DNA of 64,000 nucleotides from Malacoraja senta (Eukaryota). Under the pieces are notes generated by a model that saw only the letters and a program-made list of their open reading frames with translations, was not told the DNA's origin and did no database searches. Shown one piece after another: positions 1 through 13,413 of this stretch. The position numbers and the translations under genes were made by a program. Numbering within the stretch: position 1 is the first letter of the stretch; each line of letters opens with the position of its first letter. The stretch is from contig CM075989.1 in NCBI GenBank assembly GCA_038087875.1, forward strand, positions 11,346,001 to 11,410,000, in the 5' to 3' direction.

Positions 1-1539
1 TCTTCAGGGCCATTCAGCATGAACAACCGGCAGGAATAGAAAATAGTTACTGGAAATGGAAGCCTCAATCTGTAATATTATTTCACGTGAAGCTATGGGA
101 ACAGGAATTTGAGGCTACATCAAATTAATAACGTATAAACGAGGAGGGTGGCAGGAATGAGTAAGAAATAATCACAATATTCTATCAGATGGAATATTTA
201 ACATGAAAAACTAGAAAATCTATTTTTTTTACAGTGCTCATTGAGGTCCCAATGGTCCACTAAGTTATTTTTGAGCTGTTTAATGGGGAAAACATCTATA
301 CAGGTTTCACATGAACAGCAATAAATTGGTTAATATTTTCACAATGTTGAATACAGAATAAATGGGTTATGGGGAGAAGGCAGAAGAATGGGGTTAGGAG
401 GGAGAGATAGATCAGCCATAATTGATTGAGTGGTGGAGTAGACCCGATGGACCGAATGGCCTAATTCGGTTCCTATCACATGAATTTATGAAATATTGAA
501 TAACCCATTCTTTGAAATAGTGTTGCAAGATCTTCAATGTCTCAACTTAGAGATCCCACTTCCAATTAGACCACTCTATCTCTCAGTACTGGGCTAAGTG
601 TCAGCCTAGATTCTGGTATTTAGCATGTGGATTGGGATTTGTATTTGCAAACTCTGACTCAGAAAATTAGCTTCTTCTGAGCCAGCACTAACACAAAAGC
701 AAAACATAGTTGGTGTGGAAGCCTACAAGATCTAGGGAAACGACTCTTGGCCCTATAATCTAATAAATAAGTGTTCTTGCAAACAATTAACAACTTCAGC
801 ACAGAATGGGAAGAAGAAAAACAATACAGGTCAGGTAATTCTGATATAACAAATGTTTCTATGATGCAAATTGGATACAACACATGAATTAGAAAACACT
901 AGATATTTGCCGAATGGCCTAATTCTGCTCCTATGACTTATGAACGTATAATATTATTATGTGCACCACATTGGTTATAATGCAATTGTGATTGAGAACC
1001 ATTTAAAATTTACTTTGGGAATTGACAAGAAGAAAAAAAATGTCTTGGAGGAAGACGGTGATTGATTCCATGTAATCCCAACGCAGTAACTGGATACTCT
1101 CAGAAACACAGTCTGGCAGTTTCACAAGTGGCCATTGGAATTGACAAACAATCACCTCCATATTAACACTTGTGCAACGATACTCTGTAAAAAACTATAA
1201 GATATACGGTCTTCAGTATTTTTTGTTTGCAGTAACAAAGATAAGCTTATAGCTATTAAAAATACCTTTATTTTTGAAAAAAAAGTGTGGAGAATAACTT
1301 TGTTTTTGTGAGTCTGAAGCTCTCTAGACTCTAACCTTATTTTCCCCCTTGATGCAATCATTTCTAATAACATGATTTTTTCTACGACAAACTTTCTTCG
1401 GAACACAACTATTGCATTATGGCAGAACTATGCTGTGTTGGAGCTTCCCTTTTAAAGGGCTGGAATCCACAGGGACAGCAAGCGTGACATATCTGGCTCA
1501 ATATCCTGTGACAATTGATGGAGAAGGTTACACACGTAC

Positions 1540-1637
1540 TGAGAGTTTCTTTGGCGGCAGAGTTGCAATAGCAATAGGGCTGAGTCCTTCAATCTGTTCT
1601 TTGACCAGTGATGAGAGAACCATATCCAGTAGACCAG
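1540..1637 (-). CDS. STRC: Stereocilin exon 26, AGLLDMVLSSLVKEQIEGLSPIAIATLPPKKLS (gene continues beyond window)
   Basis: 98 nt, phase 1-0. Resembles human [33 protein letters not shown]. Confidence 0.94.
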
Positions 1638-2559
1638 CTATTGCAGTGAGAAAAAAGTCAAAACAAAATATGAAGTAAACGGCAGCAAGTACATTTATAA
1701 ACAATAACATATATCCCCTCCCTTTAAAAGCTTCTGCATCCGTTCCCCTCCCTTCTCCCTAATCTGTACTTTCATAAACTGTTGGATCTCTGTTGCACTA
1801 TCATAACCTGGTTATCCAGTATTACTGATTACTGTAATTTACGGTATTATGGATTAGTGTGTATTTATTGTGCTAATGTGCCTGTGAAGTTGCAGCAAGT
1901 AAGAATTGCATTGTTCCTGTCCTGCAGCATATGACAATTGAACACTCTTGACTCCCAAGAGTGCTGGAGCAACTCAGCTGAAGAAGGGTCCCGACCCGAA
2001 ACGTCACCAGTTCATGTTATCCAGAGATGCTGCCTGACGTGCTGAGTTACTCCAGCACTTTGTGACTTTTTTTGTAAACCAGCATCGGCAGTTGCTCATT
2101 TCTACTCCTTACCCCCCAAATGCTGCCATGAAAGGCCTGTGGACTGGACAAAGAAGAACGGAAATGTTGAGTCCTTTGTTGATAAACTGATGCCGCAGAT
2201 CAACTGACACATACGAGGTTTGTGGAGTAAGGATATCAGAGTGCATGGGGCAAACCCAGTAATGGAATGAAGTGCAGATCAACTCAGATCAAATTGACTG
2301 GAAGAATAAGCACAAAGGACTGAATAGTTAAAAGCCATTAGAACTAATGGACTGAGATCGGTTCTGACAGTGAGGGAACGAGCCTTATGAAAGTACTTGC
2401 TGTTATATCACCTTTCGCCGTCTCATTTACTCATGTGACCATTCCCGTAAAGTAGAAGCTCAGCAGCCAAGTTACACGTAACCAGGTCCCAGGACTCGTC
2501 CCAAGAGAAGAATCACCAGATTGTCTAGGGACACAAGACGCTGCAGATACTTCTTCCTC

Positions 2560-3660
2560 TCACGTAGTTGATGGATCCCTCACTCATGTTTCCTCTGTTT
2601 GCCACATGTCTGTTTTCACCCCCATATAGGACAGGGACAGAGTTCCCCTGGTTGTCACCTTTCACCCTGGCAGCCTCCCCATTCAGTGCCATTTCCGCCA
2701 CCTCCATTGTGATCCCAACCACTAGTTGCTCTCTGCAAGAACCACTCTTCCCGTGAGACACTGATCCACTCATACCTCTCTGAACCCTGACACCTTCCCT
2801 GGCAACCACATAATTTGCAACACCTGCCCTACAATTCCTCCCTCACCACCATCCAAGCACCTAAACAGCTCATGTGAACGTCCTCAAACCTTTCCTACTG
2901 CTTTCGGTGCCCCTGTTATAGCCTCCTCTATATTAACTCGGCCAAGTGTAGAATAGGTGGCTGTTTTACAGGGCACCTGCGCTCTGTCCACCACAGCCAT
3001 CCCGATCTTCCCAGTGCAAGTCACTTCAACTCCCCTTCCCACTTCCACACCGAACTGTCAGTCTTCAGCCTACACGACCAGCTGGAGGCTAAATGGATAC
3101 TAGAAGACCAACACATTTTCCACTTTGGTAGCCTGTATCCCAATTGCATGAACATTGAACCTAACCCCAGTGTTCCTTACCCACTCCCACCCGTTCACCC
3201 AACTTCTCTTTCCCTACGTTCATCTTTCCCACTTCCAGCTATCCATCACCCAGGGGTCTATCCACCTGGGTTACTTCATCCCTAGTCTACCCTCCCGTAC
3301 CTAGTTCCATCTGCCCATCTACCCTCTCTTATCTAGTTCCTCTTCTCAACTTCCACCCCTGTTACTACCTCCTTCCTCCCCTTCCCTCACCTGCCACCAT
3401 CTGCCCATACTTTTCCTTATCTGTTTTCAACTATCACCCACCAGCTGGTCTTTATATTCCCCCCCCCCCCCCTATTCCTCCCATCCCTGACTCCACCTGC
3501 ACGTCACCTCTCCTCCTGCCAAGGCCCAATGTTACCCCTCCTTCTCACCTCCTTATACCGGCCTGATGCTGGGTAATGAGCTGAAAGGTCGACCATCCCT
3601 CTGACTCCACAGATGCTGCCTGACCCGAGTTCCTCCAGCGCCTTTTTTTTTTACATCAGA
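2560..3660 (+). mobile_element. Degraded Penelope-like element, 3' part
   Basis: RVPLVVTFHP-like and HFNSPSH/GIY-YIG-like coding relics, a C/T-rich tract, then a degenerate terminal motif. Confidence 0.7.
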
Positions 3661-3746
3661 TAATCTGCTCTTTGGATGTTGATAAAATTCTTCATGTAAA
3701 AATGAGGATAAGCTATATCCTACGAAGGGCCACATTTACACGCTAA

Positions 3747-4064
3747 AAGCCCTGTCCCACTGTACGAGTTCATTCAAGAGTTCTCCCGAGTTTGTCCTGA
3801 TTCGAACTCGAAGATTTACGGTTTATGGCCGCTCGTAGGTACTCAGGGCTCTCGTGGACATTTTTCAACATGTTGAAAAATCTTCACGAGTCTTCCCGAG
3901 CTTACGGCCTTTTCCGAGTACCTGCCGTTAGTGTTACGAGACACTAAGAGACGTCCTCGAGCTCCAACGTACCCGCTACGTACATTCTACGTGCTTCCAC
4001 GAGTTTGATTTTTTTTTAAACTCGGGAGAGCTCTTGAATGAACTCGTACAGTGGGACAGGGCTT
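3747..4064. mobile_element. PIF/Harbinger-type MITE
   Basis: About 45-bp TIRs (AAGCCCTGTCCCACTGTACGAGTTCATTCAAGAG...). TAA target duplication at 3744-3746 and 4065-4067. Confidence 0.87.
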
Positions 4065-4083
4065 TAACTGGGAAGTTGCTTAC

Positions 4084-4232
4084 CTGCAATGGAGCCAATT
4101 TCAATGAACTCTTCAGCTCGCCACCGACTGACGTCTCCGAACGTCTCTGTGCGAGTGACGAGCTTGGCCAGGCCGTGAAGCTGGGACTCTTCACACGACA
4201 GTCTCAGGCTCCCGATCCATAGAACTGCCATG
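4084..4232 (-). CDS. STRC: Stereocilin exon 25, MAVLWIGSLRLSCEESQL...FGDVSRW...EIGSIA
   Basis: 149 nt, phase 2-1. Resembles human LGTLHLQCSEEQL...FGPISNW...EIGTIA. Confidence 0.94.
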
Positions 4233-4621
4233 CTGAGATGCACCAGCACCACGAGTCGTACACCATTCGGGAATCACATTTGTTTGTACACAAGAGTAAA
4301 TGTAAAATTTAAAGTTGTGGAACAGGGAGGACAAAGGAATTTGATATGCACACCATTGCAACATTTCATGACTAATGTTCAGCAGCATTTCTGCAAAATG
4401 TACACACGGAACAGTTGGTGTTTATGCTCCAAAGTGAGCTTTCTCACACCACTCTGAATCTCACCCCATCCGCATACCTTTCCACTCTTCACTTCCTCAG
4501 TTCATTTAACCGAGACCCCTCAAATGCACTTATGCCATTCATTGCCCTGAACAATCCGTGGACTTCCAAAATGAAAGCTTGAGCTTTGATGACAACTCTG
4601 AGTAAGTTTGGCGGTGCCTAC

Positions 4622-4764
4622 CTGAATTCCACTGGGTTTATCACAGCCATGCCAGCCGGTTTGATGCCACAGATGATGTGGCCTAGAGCAACCAGACTGA
4701 CTGAATCCAGCTCCTCCACACTGAGTCTGTTCACACGGAGGAAGGTTGTAAACAATACAGTGAG
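4622..4764 (-). CDS. STRC: Stereocilin exon 24, LTVLFTTFLRV...LDSVSLVALGHIICGI...EFS
   Basis: 143 nt, phase 0-2. Resembles human LDFVHLTALGYTLCGL...EFS. Confidence 0.93.
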
Positions 4765-5577
4765 CTGCAACAAAGATTAAATAGCCCGTTAGTGCAAATC
4801 AGATGTAAGATATTGTATGAGAAGGGCAAAGCTTTATCCATTTGTTATGATGCCAAATTCAAGGTTTGGAGTCATTTATCTACCCAACCCCTGTGGATCT
4901 AAACCCGTTTCAGAGCTGCTAATAGCCTAGGATAACCGTGTTTATGTACGGTAAATTATTTTAAAGTGTTACCCTATCATCCCCACCCTCCGAGTCATTG
5001 TTCACGTTCAAATTTACCCAAATTATTTTGAAAATCACCACCTAATCTCCTTAAATGCAGCACATTCCAATCAAAGAGTATTTGAATCGAGGAGAATGGT
5101 GGGTGGGGTGAGGGTAGTGGAGGGATCTCAAGCTGATGGAGTTCATTCTAGAGCTCAGGATTGAGGCAAGCCACTGATGGTGGCTATTTAGATCGTCCAA
5201 GCCCTCTGATGAATATCGGAGATCAAGACCAGGTTCACTGCTATTTCTTCACTCAGGGCTGATGCCAATCACTGCAGTCGTATTGCCCTGAAATGAGATC
5301 AGCTCACTCAGGGCTGACCAAAGGGTCAAGTCTGGGGCCTCAGCTTATCAATGCAGTTCCGTTTCTCATTGAGCGAACCAGATGAATTCACGGTTTAGGT
5401 GAAAAGACCTGTTGCACACCTGCTTTGCGCACACACATCATAGAACAGGAACAGCTCAGGAACAGGCCTTTTAGCCCACATGTCCCCCACACATCCTTAT
5501 CCATTTCCCCTTCCAGATTCACATGCAGCTTCTCTTTACCGAGCTTCACATTGGCTTCATCAGTTGGGGTCAGATAC

Positions 5578-5733
5578 CTTCCTGTTGGTCCACTCTGCAG
5601 TTTTCCCCAGGGCTGCCACTGCACCCAGATCCGACAGGTCCAGCCTCGCCAAATCCTTTTCTGAGAACTGGGTTGCTATTCGTCCAAGCTGCTCGATCAC
5701 CTGGGGTGGTATCGCTGATACAAGCCTGTAGAT
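5578..5733 (-). CDS. STRC: Stereocilin exon 23, IYRLVSAIPPQVIEQLGRI...ALGKTAEWTNRK
   Basis: 156 nt, phase 0-0. Resembles human QILQLGRL...LGQIDGWS. Confidence 0.92.
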
Positions 5734-5919
5734 CTGACACAGCAGAATCATTCTGTGAGGGAGAACTCCCCACCATGCTTTCTGATCAGATTCCACCATC
5801 TGCACCCTTTAGTCTTCTCCACTTATCAGCTCCATCCTTGGTTACTATCTCCACCCTTCTCTCCCTCACACGACTCATTTGCCAATCAACCCTTCCTAAC
5901 CTGGATCCCAATATCACCT

Positions 5920-6125
5920 AAGATAGAAACAAAATGCTGGAGCAACTCAGCGGAGCAAGGAGCACCTCTGGAGAGATGGAATGGGTCACGTTTTGGGTCG
6001 AGTCCCTTCTTCCCGACTCGAAACGTCACCCATTCCTTCTCTCCAGAGATGCTACCTGTCCCGCTAAGTTACTCCAGCATTATGTGTCTATCTTCGGTGT
6101 AAACCAGCGTATGCAGTTCCTTCCC
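5920..6125. mobile_element. Short Penelope-derived foldback element
   Basis: Inverted copies of the same terminal motif (AGATAGAAACAAAATGCTGGAG... and ...CTCCAGCATTATGTGTCTATCT). Confidence 0.75.
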
Positions 6126-6618
6126 ACTGTCACCTGCCAGCTCTTGTCCCACCCCTTCCCCTCACCCTTTTCTACCATGTGTCTCTCCTGCACTCCAGTC
6201 TTGAAGAAAGGTCCCAATCTGAAATGTCGCCTGTCCATTTCCCTCCAATGATTCTGCCTGACCCTCTGAGTTCTTCCAGAGTTTGTTTTTTTAAATTCTG
6301 TGATGGTTCTGAGATAAAAGCTGAAGGCAACAATAAACTTGCACGTTACCAGAGCTGTGTTCAGAAACCACTTTTAAATGCTGCTGGATAGAACTATACC
6401 CATCTATGACACATATTTTACTTTGATCACTGCAATTCATGTAAATCATTAGTAAAATACATTGAAACAAAATATATGGTGATAAAGCGTGAATAAATAT
6501 GAACTCAGTAGAAAACGCAGGGTTCCCTAATTACAGATTTATCACTGTAATTCACAGTGGGAGACCATTCAACCATACAGTTTTCTGATCTCAATGTTGT
6601 GTTGGGTAACGTTGGTAC

Positions 6619-6788
6619 CTGCTTCACTCTCTCCAGCAGTTGAAACAGTTCGAATGGTTGAAAGTTTGGGTCTTGACCAATCATCTCCAAACAGTTGGTG
6701 AAATCATCGGCCGCCATGCCAGTCAACAAATCAATGGTCCATGCAGAGGGGAGGGTGGTGCGTATAACACTGCAGGTCAAGACAGGGT
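6619..6788 (-). CDS. STRC: Stereocilin exon 22, DPVLTCSVIRTTLPSAW...DFTNCL...QDP...KQ
   Basis: 170 nt, phase 1-0. Resembles human PNCADVRGTFPAAW...DFEDCL...DP. Confidence 0.93.
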
Positions 6789-6992
6789 CTAACACAAAAC
6801 AAGTGCAATTAGGACCTTCCTTTTACCAAGTGCTTTTACCTGGATGTCTGTCTATCCAGTTCAAGATGATGGATGGTTTACCTCTCATGAGGTCCATTTC
6901 CTTTCTCACTGCTGGACTCAGGGAACAGACTTTGTACCCAGTCCCTCTGGACAAGCATTGCTCATCAAAATTAACAGGTAAACTTACTTTCA

Positions 6993-7296
6993 TTTAGTTG
7001 AGAGATACAGCGCAGAAAAAGGCCCTTCGGCCCACCGAGACCGCGCCGACCAGCGATCCCACACACTAACACTATCCAACACACTAGGGACAATTTACTA
7101 TTATACCAAGCCAATTAACCTACAAACCTGTACGTCTTTGGTGTGGGAGAAAACCGGAGATCCCAGAGAAAACCCTCCCACACTGATCTTGGGGAGAACG
7201 TACAAGCTCCGTACAGACAGCACCTTTAGTCAGAATCAAACCCGGGTCTTTGGCGCTGTAAGGCAGCAACTCTACCGCTGCGCCACTGTGCCGCCC
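6993..7296 (-). mobile_element. tRNA-derived HE1/V-SINE-like element
   Basis: GGCGGCACAGTGGCGCAGCGGTAGAG head with A/B-box-like motifs and a CR1-like tail. Related copies at 44830-45136 (-), 14255-14570 (+) and about 53600-53930 (+). Confidence 0.8.
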
Positions 7297-7540
7297 TCTC
7301 TAAGGTTGAATCCCAATGTATAAAACCAGTCCTCAGGTAAAACATAACAGCAATTTTAACATCCCATCGTGCTTCAGACAACTGGACGCAGTTGAAATGG
7401 ACACAAAGCCACAAAAGGAGAAGATCAGGATGTAACCAACACAGTATATCAAAGAGGTTGCTTTAAAGCAGTCAAGAGAGGAAAAGGCTGGGCTGCAGAG
7501 ATGAGGTACAGTAGCCAAGGGCAGGGTCACCCATCCTCAC

Positions 7541-7730
7541 CGTTCCTGGCCTGGCGCTGTCTGGTGTTGAGAAGGCCAACTGCAGTTTGTAATAATATTC
7601 GTTGCTTTCTGAATAGATCATCACGATCAGATTTTTCCATTGCTTGCTGGCAGGTGGAACCAAACTCACTATCCTCCCATTGCCTTTGGCTGTGAAACAA
7701 CATCTCAGTCCTCTCCAAGATCAAAACATC
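7541..7730 (-). CDS. STRC: Stereocilin exon 21, DVLILERTEMLFHSQRQWEDSEFGSTC...RQARN
   Basis: 190 nt, phase 0-1. Resembles human QQSWEQSRVGQLC. Confidence 0.88.
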
Positions 7731-8193
7731 CTGAAAGGGTGAAAAAAGGTTTGGATTTTTGAATCTTCTCACTGCGATGGTCAGGAAGGTTTGCTCGGAT
7801 TAATTCATCTTTTCACTACATACTTTGTCCTCTCCTGATTCTTACTGGACTATTGATTCATGTGATTATATACACCTTTCACAATTCACAAGTACTGTCC
7901 AACTCACCTCCAAACTCCTCTGTGCACTGAGCAAAATACAAACTGCTGGAGGAATTCAGTAGGTCAAGCAGCATCTGGGGAGGTAGTGAAATCATCGATA
8001 TTTCTGGTTGGGACCCTGGCCATATACTGAGATATATAGGGAACAGGCAAGAGTACAACCCATATGCCTGGTATCACTTAGATTATATAATTTAGCCACA
8101 TTTACCCACTTTTCTCCACATCCCTTAACATATTGCTCTACGTAACAAAAACTATCTACCTTAATTTGGACCGCCCCCCCCCCCGACATCAGT

Positions 8194-8221
8194 CTGAAGA
8201 AGGGTCTCGACCCGAAACGTC
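8194..8221 (+). ncRNA. Minimal hammerhead-ribozyme core motif in a Penelope terminus
   Basis: CUGAAGA, stem II (GGGUC-UC-GACCC), then GAAA-CG-UC. The same core occurs at 1978-2005 (+), 15375-15402 (-) and 40655-40682 (-). Activity is unproven. Confidence 0.6.
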
Positions 8222-8678
8222 GCCTATTCCATCTCTCCATAGATGCTGCCTCACCCGCTGAGTTTCTCCAGCATTTTTGTCTACCTTCATTTGGAAAGCA
8301 ACAACTGATCACTGGCTTTCACTGCTCACGAAGGATGGGGAAAGTTTGCCAGATTTCACCTGTCCTTTGGGTAAGGAGATTTATTGATACTTTCTGAGGC
8401 CTACCTAGAGTTATGTTCATATTCTGGATTGCCCATATTAGATTCCTTCTTGCTACCCTGTCAAACCTTTAATCATCTGAAACACATCAATTGGTTCTCC
8501 TTGGACATTCCGGCCTTAAGAAAGGACAAGCCGCCTTCATTGTGTAACGTTCCAAGCCTGTATCGGCTGGAGAATCCATCCAGATGTTCATCTCTTTCCT
8601 GAGATCTGGGAGCAACACTCCAGATGTAGCCTGACCTAGGCTCTACACCAGCGGTTAATAATAATCAGGGAACAGTAC

Positions 8679-8769
8679 CTGTGGAAGTTTTTGTATATCC
8701 TCAATGGAAAGAAAGAAAAGTAGGCGATCCACTTTGTCCAAGATCAGTGAGGTCCAGTTAACGGGATCA
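8679..8769 (-). CDS. STRC: Stereocilin exon 20, DPVNWTSLILDKVDRLLFFLSIEDIQKLPQ
   Basis: 91 nt, phase 2-0. Resembles human KPELWS...GRLVFTLSTEAI. Confidence 0.9.
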
Positions 8770-11168
8770 CTGGAGAAAAGGAAGAACTGTTTAAATTGAT
8801 ACAATTAGAGAGCTGTGAATAAGTCTGGTTGCTTATTTAAAGCAATGTTGTGCCTTGCACGAACATCCAACATTCCCCATGATTTCTGCAACGCGGTTTC
8901 TTCTTAAACTGCTGTCTGATGATCACAGGATGGAAACCACACTCTGTAGCAATTGTAATAGTAATGAATAAAAGTTCCATCCCTGCTATGGTTATGGTGT
9001 TAAACCGTTTATCTTTAGTTTTGTACAGGAAAAGTTCAAACAGAATGTGCCATGGGATTGTTTGAGTTAGCTTGTACTATACTAATGGTAGAATAAGCAC
9101 AGCTTCATTATATAACTCATAGACGTGTTGCAGTTTATTATTAATGTATTAGAATGTCACTCCATGTGTTCTTTCATTATAAAATATATTTGTTATGCAA
9201 AAGGTTTATGTAAACATCATACTACAGCCACCCCTCCTGGCTTTTTGCTGACCTGCACTACCAGGAAAGGTTAAAGGCCCAATCAACTCCACTGCACACG
9301 CTCTAATATGTTTTAATATTTCATGATAACTAATATCAAAATGATGTATTCACTTAAAGTAAGAATAGAATGCATTAATTTAAAATTACTGGTTCATACA
9401 AGTAATTCCCCTGTAATACAAGTTTCACACTGCCTCGGCAAGGCCACCAGCATAATCAAGGATCAAGTCTCACCCTGTTCACTCCCTCTTCTAACTTCAC
9501 CCATCAGGCAAGAGGGACAGATGTTTGAAAATGCACACTTCCAGATTCATGGACTGTTTCTTCCCAGTTGGTATCAGGCAATTGAACAGCCCTCTCCTCA
9601 GCTACAAAGTTATCCTGATCTCACATCTACGTCAATGGAGACCTTTGGATTATCTTTAATCTGACTTTATTGGACTTTATTTTGCACTAATTGTTGTACT
9701 CTTTATCTGAGCACTGTGGACGGCTTGATTGTAATCATATATAGTCGTTTCGACTGGCTAACTTGCGAACAAAAGCTTTTATTTGTACCTCTGTACACGT
9801 GACAATAATAAACTAAACTAAATTGGATATAATACGACCAATAAACTAGGGATGACTAGTTACAATATGCATGCCTATTCCACTATAACATGATTTTGAT
9901 CAGCAACTAGAGAACCATTTAAAAGTTACCTTGAAAACTGACAAGCAGAAAAAATCCTGTCTTGGATTTAAACAGTACAGGAGAAAAACACTTGTTTCCA
10001 TATAGCCACCCCACAGTAATCAGATATCATTGACTCTTACGAGCACAGCCACTACTGTAATCACAGGTGAAATTGAAATTATCAAGCTATGGTATCTATT
10101 GCCATTTGCACAATGATACTTTATTAAGCAAGGTAACAAAATGTTTTTAGTATTTTTGGCTCGTGGTAACAAAAATAAACTTATTCCTAATAAAAAAACT
10201 TTATTTTTTTTCAATCCTGTAGGAAAAATACTTATTATTATGTCTGAAACTCTCTTGCCCCTAACTCCCTTTCTCCTATTGCCACAATTGATTTCTCTAA
10301 CATGAGGTTTCTTAGGAATGCCACGAGGTGAGGGATGAGCTGGAGATCAGTTACCAGGACATTACTGCGGAACTAACTGGGTCTTTCTCTCCCAGCTGTC
10401 ATCAAGCAACTGAACTATCCAATCACCAACTAAAGAGCGGTCCTGAGCTACCTTCTACACCATTGGAGACCCTTGGACTATCGTTTAATCAGACTTTACT
10501 GAACTTTATCTTGCACTAAACGTTATTATCTTTATCCTGTATCTGTACACCGTGGACGGCTTGATTGTAACCATGTATGGTCTTTCCACTGACTGGATAG
10601 CACACAACAAAAAAGCTTTTTACTGAACCTCGGTAGACATGACAATAAACTAAACTGAAAACTGTATCTGTGTATTCTGCCACAAATTACCCCTTTACCC
10701 TTAAGCTCCATTTTGTCTGAAGACCTGGTCTTCATTCATCATGTGCGTGATGCTGCAAATGCTGCAGTTTTACTCCAGCATTTTGTGCTTTTCTTTAGCA
10801 AAAAATACAAAGTACTGGAGTAACACAGCAGGTCTGGCAGCGTCTCTGGAGGACATGGACAGGCGACATGTCAGGTTGAGATCCTTCTTTAAACCCACCC
10901 ATGTCCTCTAGAGATGCTGCCATGACCTGCTGAGTTCCTCCAGCACTTTTTCGATTAATATAAAACTAATATATTTGTGTAAAATCAACATCAGTCATAT
11001 ACAGGCTCCAGGAATGATTGGCAAGAATAATTTTGCAATCATCTCTTCCCTAACTCAGAATAGATTTGTCACTGCTGCAGCCTGCATTTAATCTGGTAAA
11101 TTACATTCCATATTACAGATTAATCCTATCTCTGTGAAACAGGCAACTCTGAGGACGTTGTTACCTAC

Positions 11169-11365
11169 CCAAACATGGTGTCTTTAGTTAACATGTCTCC
11201 CAGCAGCAACTTCTTCTGTCCATCATAACAATAATCTTTCATCTTCACCAGGTTTCCCTTTATCTCTGTCCTAGGGATTGTCATGAATATTTCATCAGCA
11301 ATAAAAGCTATTGCAAATCCCAGTAGATCAAACTCTGCTTTGGTAAATCTTCCGCCGTATAAATT
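11169..11365 (-). CDS. STRC: Stereocilin exon 19, NLYGGRFTKAEFDLLG...YCY...DTMFG
   Basis: 197 nt, phase 0-2. Resembles human LGPLVGFL...IP...GFCL...LG. Confidence 0.9.
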
Positions 11366-13277
11366 CTGAAAAAGGTGCGTATTGGGAAATAATCTGCACC
11401 GGGTAAAACTGACTGTAGTTTAATGCAATGATTAATGTATGAGAAAGTTAATTCATCTTAATCTACTTACAGCCCATCAGTGTGAAATATTTGTGGTTTT
11501 ATTCCGTTTTAAAATCCTAATCAATTTTTCAGAAAGCCCGAAGGATGTTCCAGCCAGCAAACAGAAACATTACTTATTGCTCGTTGTGATAATACCTCAA
11601 CATTCCTCCTTTGACGCACATCAAACTTCCTTGGGAAGTCTGAGCTCAATTCAGAATACTATTGTCATAGAGGCATAGAGTCCCAGAGCACAGAATCAGG
11701 CCATTTGGCCCAACATGTCCCTGTTGACCGTCAAGAACTCATCTCAGAATATCCCATTTACCCAATTAGCCTGTAGCCTTCTCTGCCATGCCAATTTCCC
11801 TGCTCATCCAGACACTTATTAAAAGCTGTGAGTGTAACCTGCCCCCCATCACCCTCTCAGTCAGTGTTTTCCAAATTGAAGCCACCCTCTCAGTGACAGA
11901 TTTTCTAACCCAGATAAAGTCTTAAGATGATTCTATCTCAGAGATTTACCAGATAAATATAAAAATCACCTTATTTTTGACGGGATTACAAAACAAACAA
12001 CAATCTAATAATTGTCTAGTTATAACATCAGAAATAATATCTTCCTTCAAATTTATGATGTGTCACTACTGGTTGTTAAACTGTGGTTCGGAGGGTAGGA
12101 TGCTCACCTCCAACCCAGTAGGTTATGGGTTCAGACTCTAATCCAGAGACTTCTGGTGCAGTGCTGGGAGATTGCTTTGCTGTCGGGGGCTACCAACTTT
12201 CCAATGAGTGATGAAACCAAGCTCTAGTACAAAGTCCCTTGGGAAATGCTGGCGACTACTCCAATGGCAATTTATCCCATTAACACTAAACTAGCTTAAC
12301 TGGTGACTAGTATAACATTGCTTGTAAATATAGAACATATTGAACATAGAATAGTACAGTAACAGTGTCAGACCCTTCAGCCCACAATGCCTGTGTCAAA
12401 CATGATGCTAAACTAAATTAAACTAATCTGAGATAAGGAAAAATGTTTTCAACCAGAGAATTGTGAATCTGTGGAATTCTCTGCCACAGAAGGAAGCGGA
12501 GGCCAATTCACTGGATGTATTCAAGAATGTTTCGATATAGCTCTTAGGGCTAATGGAATCAAGGGATATGGGAAGAAAGCAGGAATGGGGTTATGATTAT
12601 GGATGATCAACCTTGATCATATTGAATGGCGGTGCTGGCTCGAAGGGCCGAATAGCCTACTCCTGCACCTATTTTCTGTTTATATATTTAATCTCTGCCT
12701 GCACATGATCCATCTCTCCATATCCATGTGCCTTTCTAAAAGCCTCTTAATTGCCACCATTGTATCTGCTTCCACCCTGTGTGAAAAAACGTACCCTACA
12801 CATCTCCTTTAAACCTTCTCCCCTCACCTTAAAGCTATGCCCTCTAGATATTTATTTGATATTTCCATCCTGGGAAAAAGGTTCTGACTGTCGATCCTAT
12901 CTATGCCTCTCATAATTTTATATACTTCTGTTAGGTTTCCCCTGAAACTCCCAGAGAATTTTATAGAGAAAATAATCCAAATTTGTTCATCCTCGCCTTA
13001 TTGCTATTCCCCTCCTGGTAGCGTTTTGGTTAAGTGTACAGAAGCTTGTGGTGAGCAAATTGGCAACTATATTCCCTACTTAATATGTTTATCAGACCTG
13101 TGGGAAGTTCTGAGGTTGGGAAGATGTTAAACAACCCTTTAAGGTACTAAATGAATAGTAGTGTTGCTTTTTTTTCATTAAAATATTGCTCTGCTATTAA
13201 AAATTTAGTGTATAGAAATGAGACAAACAGCTTGCTTCCTGCACTGTGAAATTACATAGAGACAGCCAGAATCTTAC

Positions 13278-13413
13278 CAGTACTTGTACAATCCAGTCAA
13301 CCATCAGACTTTGCTTCGAACTCGGGAGCTTTAAGAATGGAATCGGATTTTTCACAATTACTTGCAGCAACTGCTGTGTTATGTTAATGGGAAATCTTCT
13401 AATTTTCAATAGT
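13278..13413 (-). CDS. STRC: Stereocilin exon 18, LLKIRRFP...PIPFLKLPSSKQSLMVDWIVQVL
   Basis: 136 nt, phase 2-0, TTTTTTTGCAG| and |GTAAGA boundaries. Confidence 0.87.

Noticed and set aside
659-759. Possible terminal STRC exon (DYRAKSRFPRSCRLPHQLCFAFVLVLAQKKLIF*) resembling a GPI-signal tail
   Set aside because: It needs a phase-1 entry, but exon 26 ends in phase 0. I could not find the expected penultimate exon (human VVFSPIQLSSL...) between 760 and 1540, and its end abuts a SINE-like relic. The true 3' exons probably lie outside the window.
7225-7296. tRNA gene
   Set aside because: It is the tRNA-derived head of a multi-copy SINE and continues directly into SINE body and tail.
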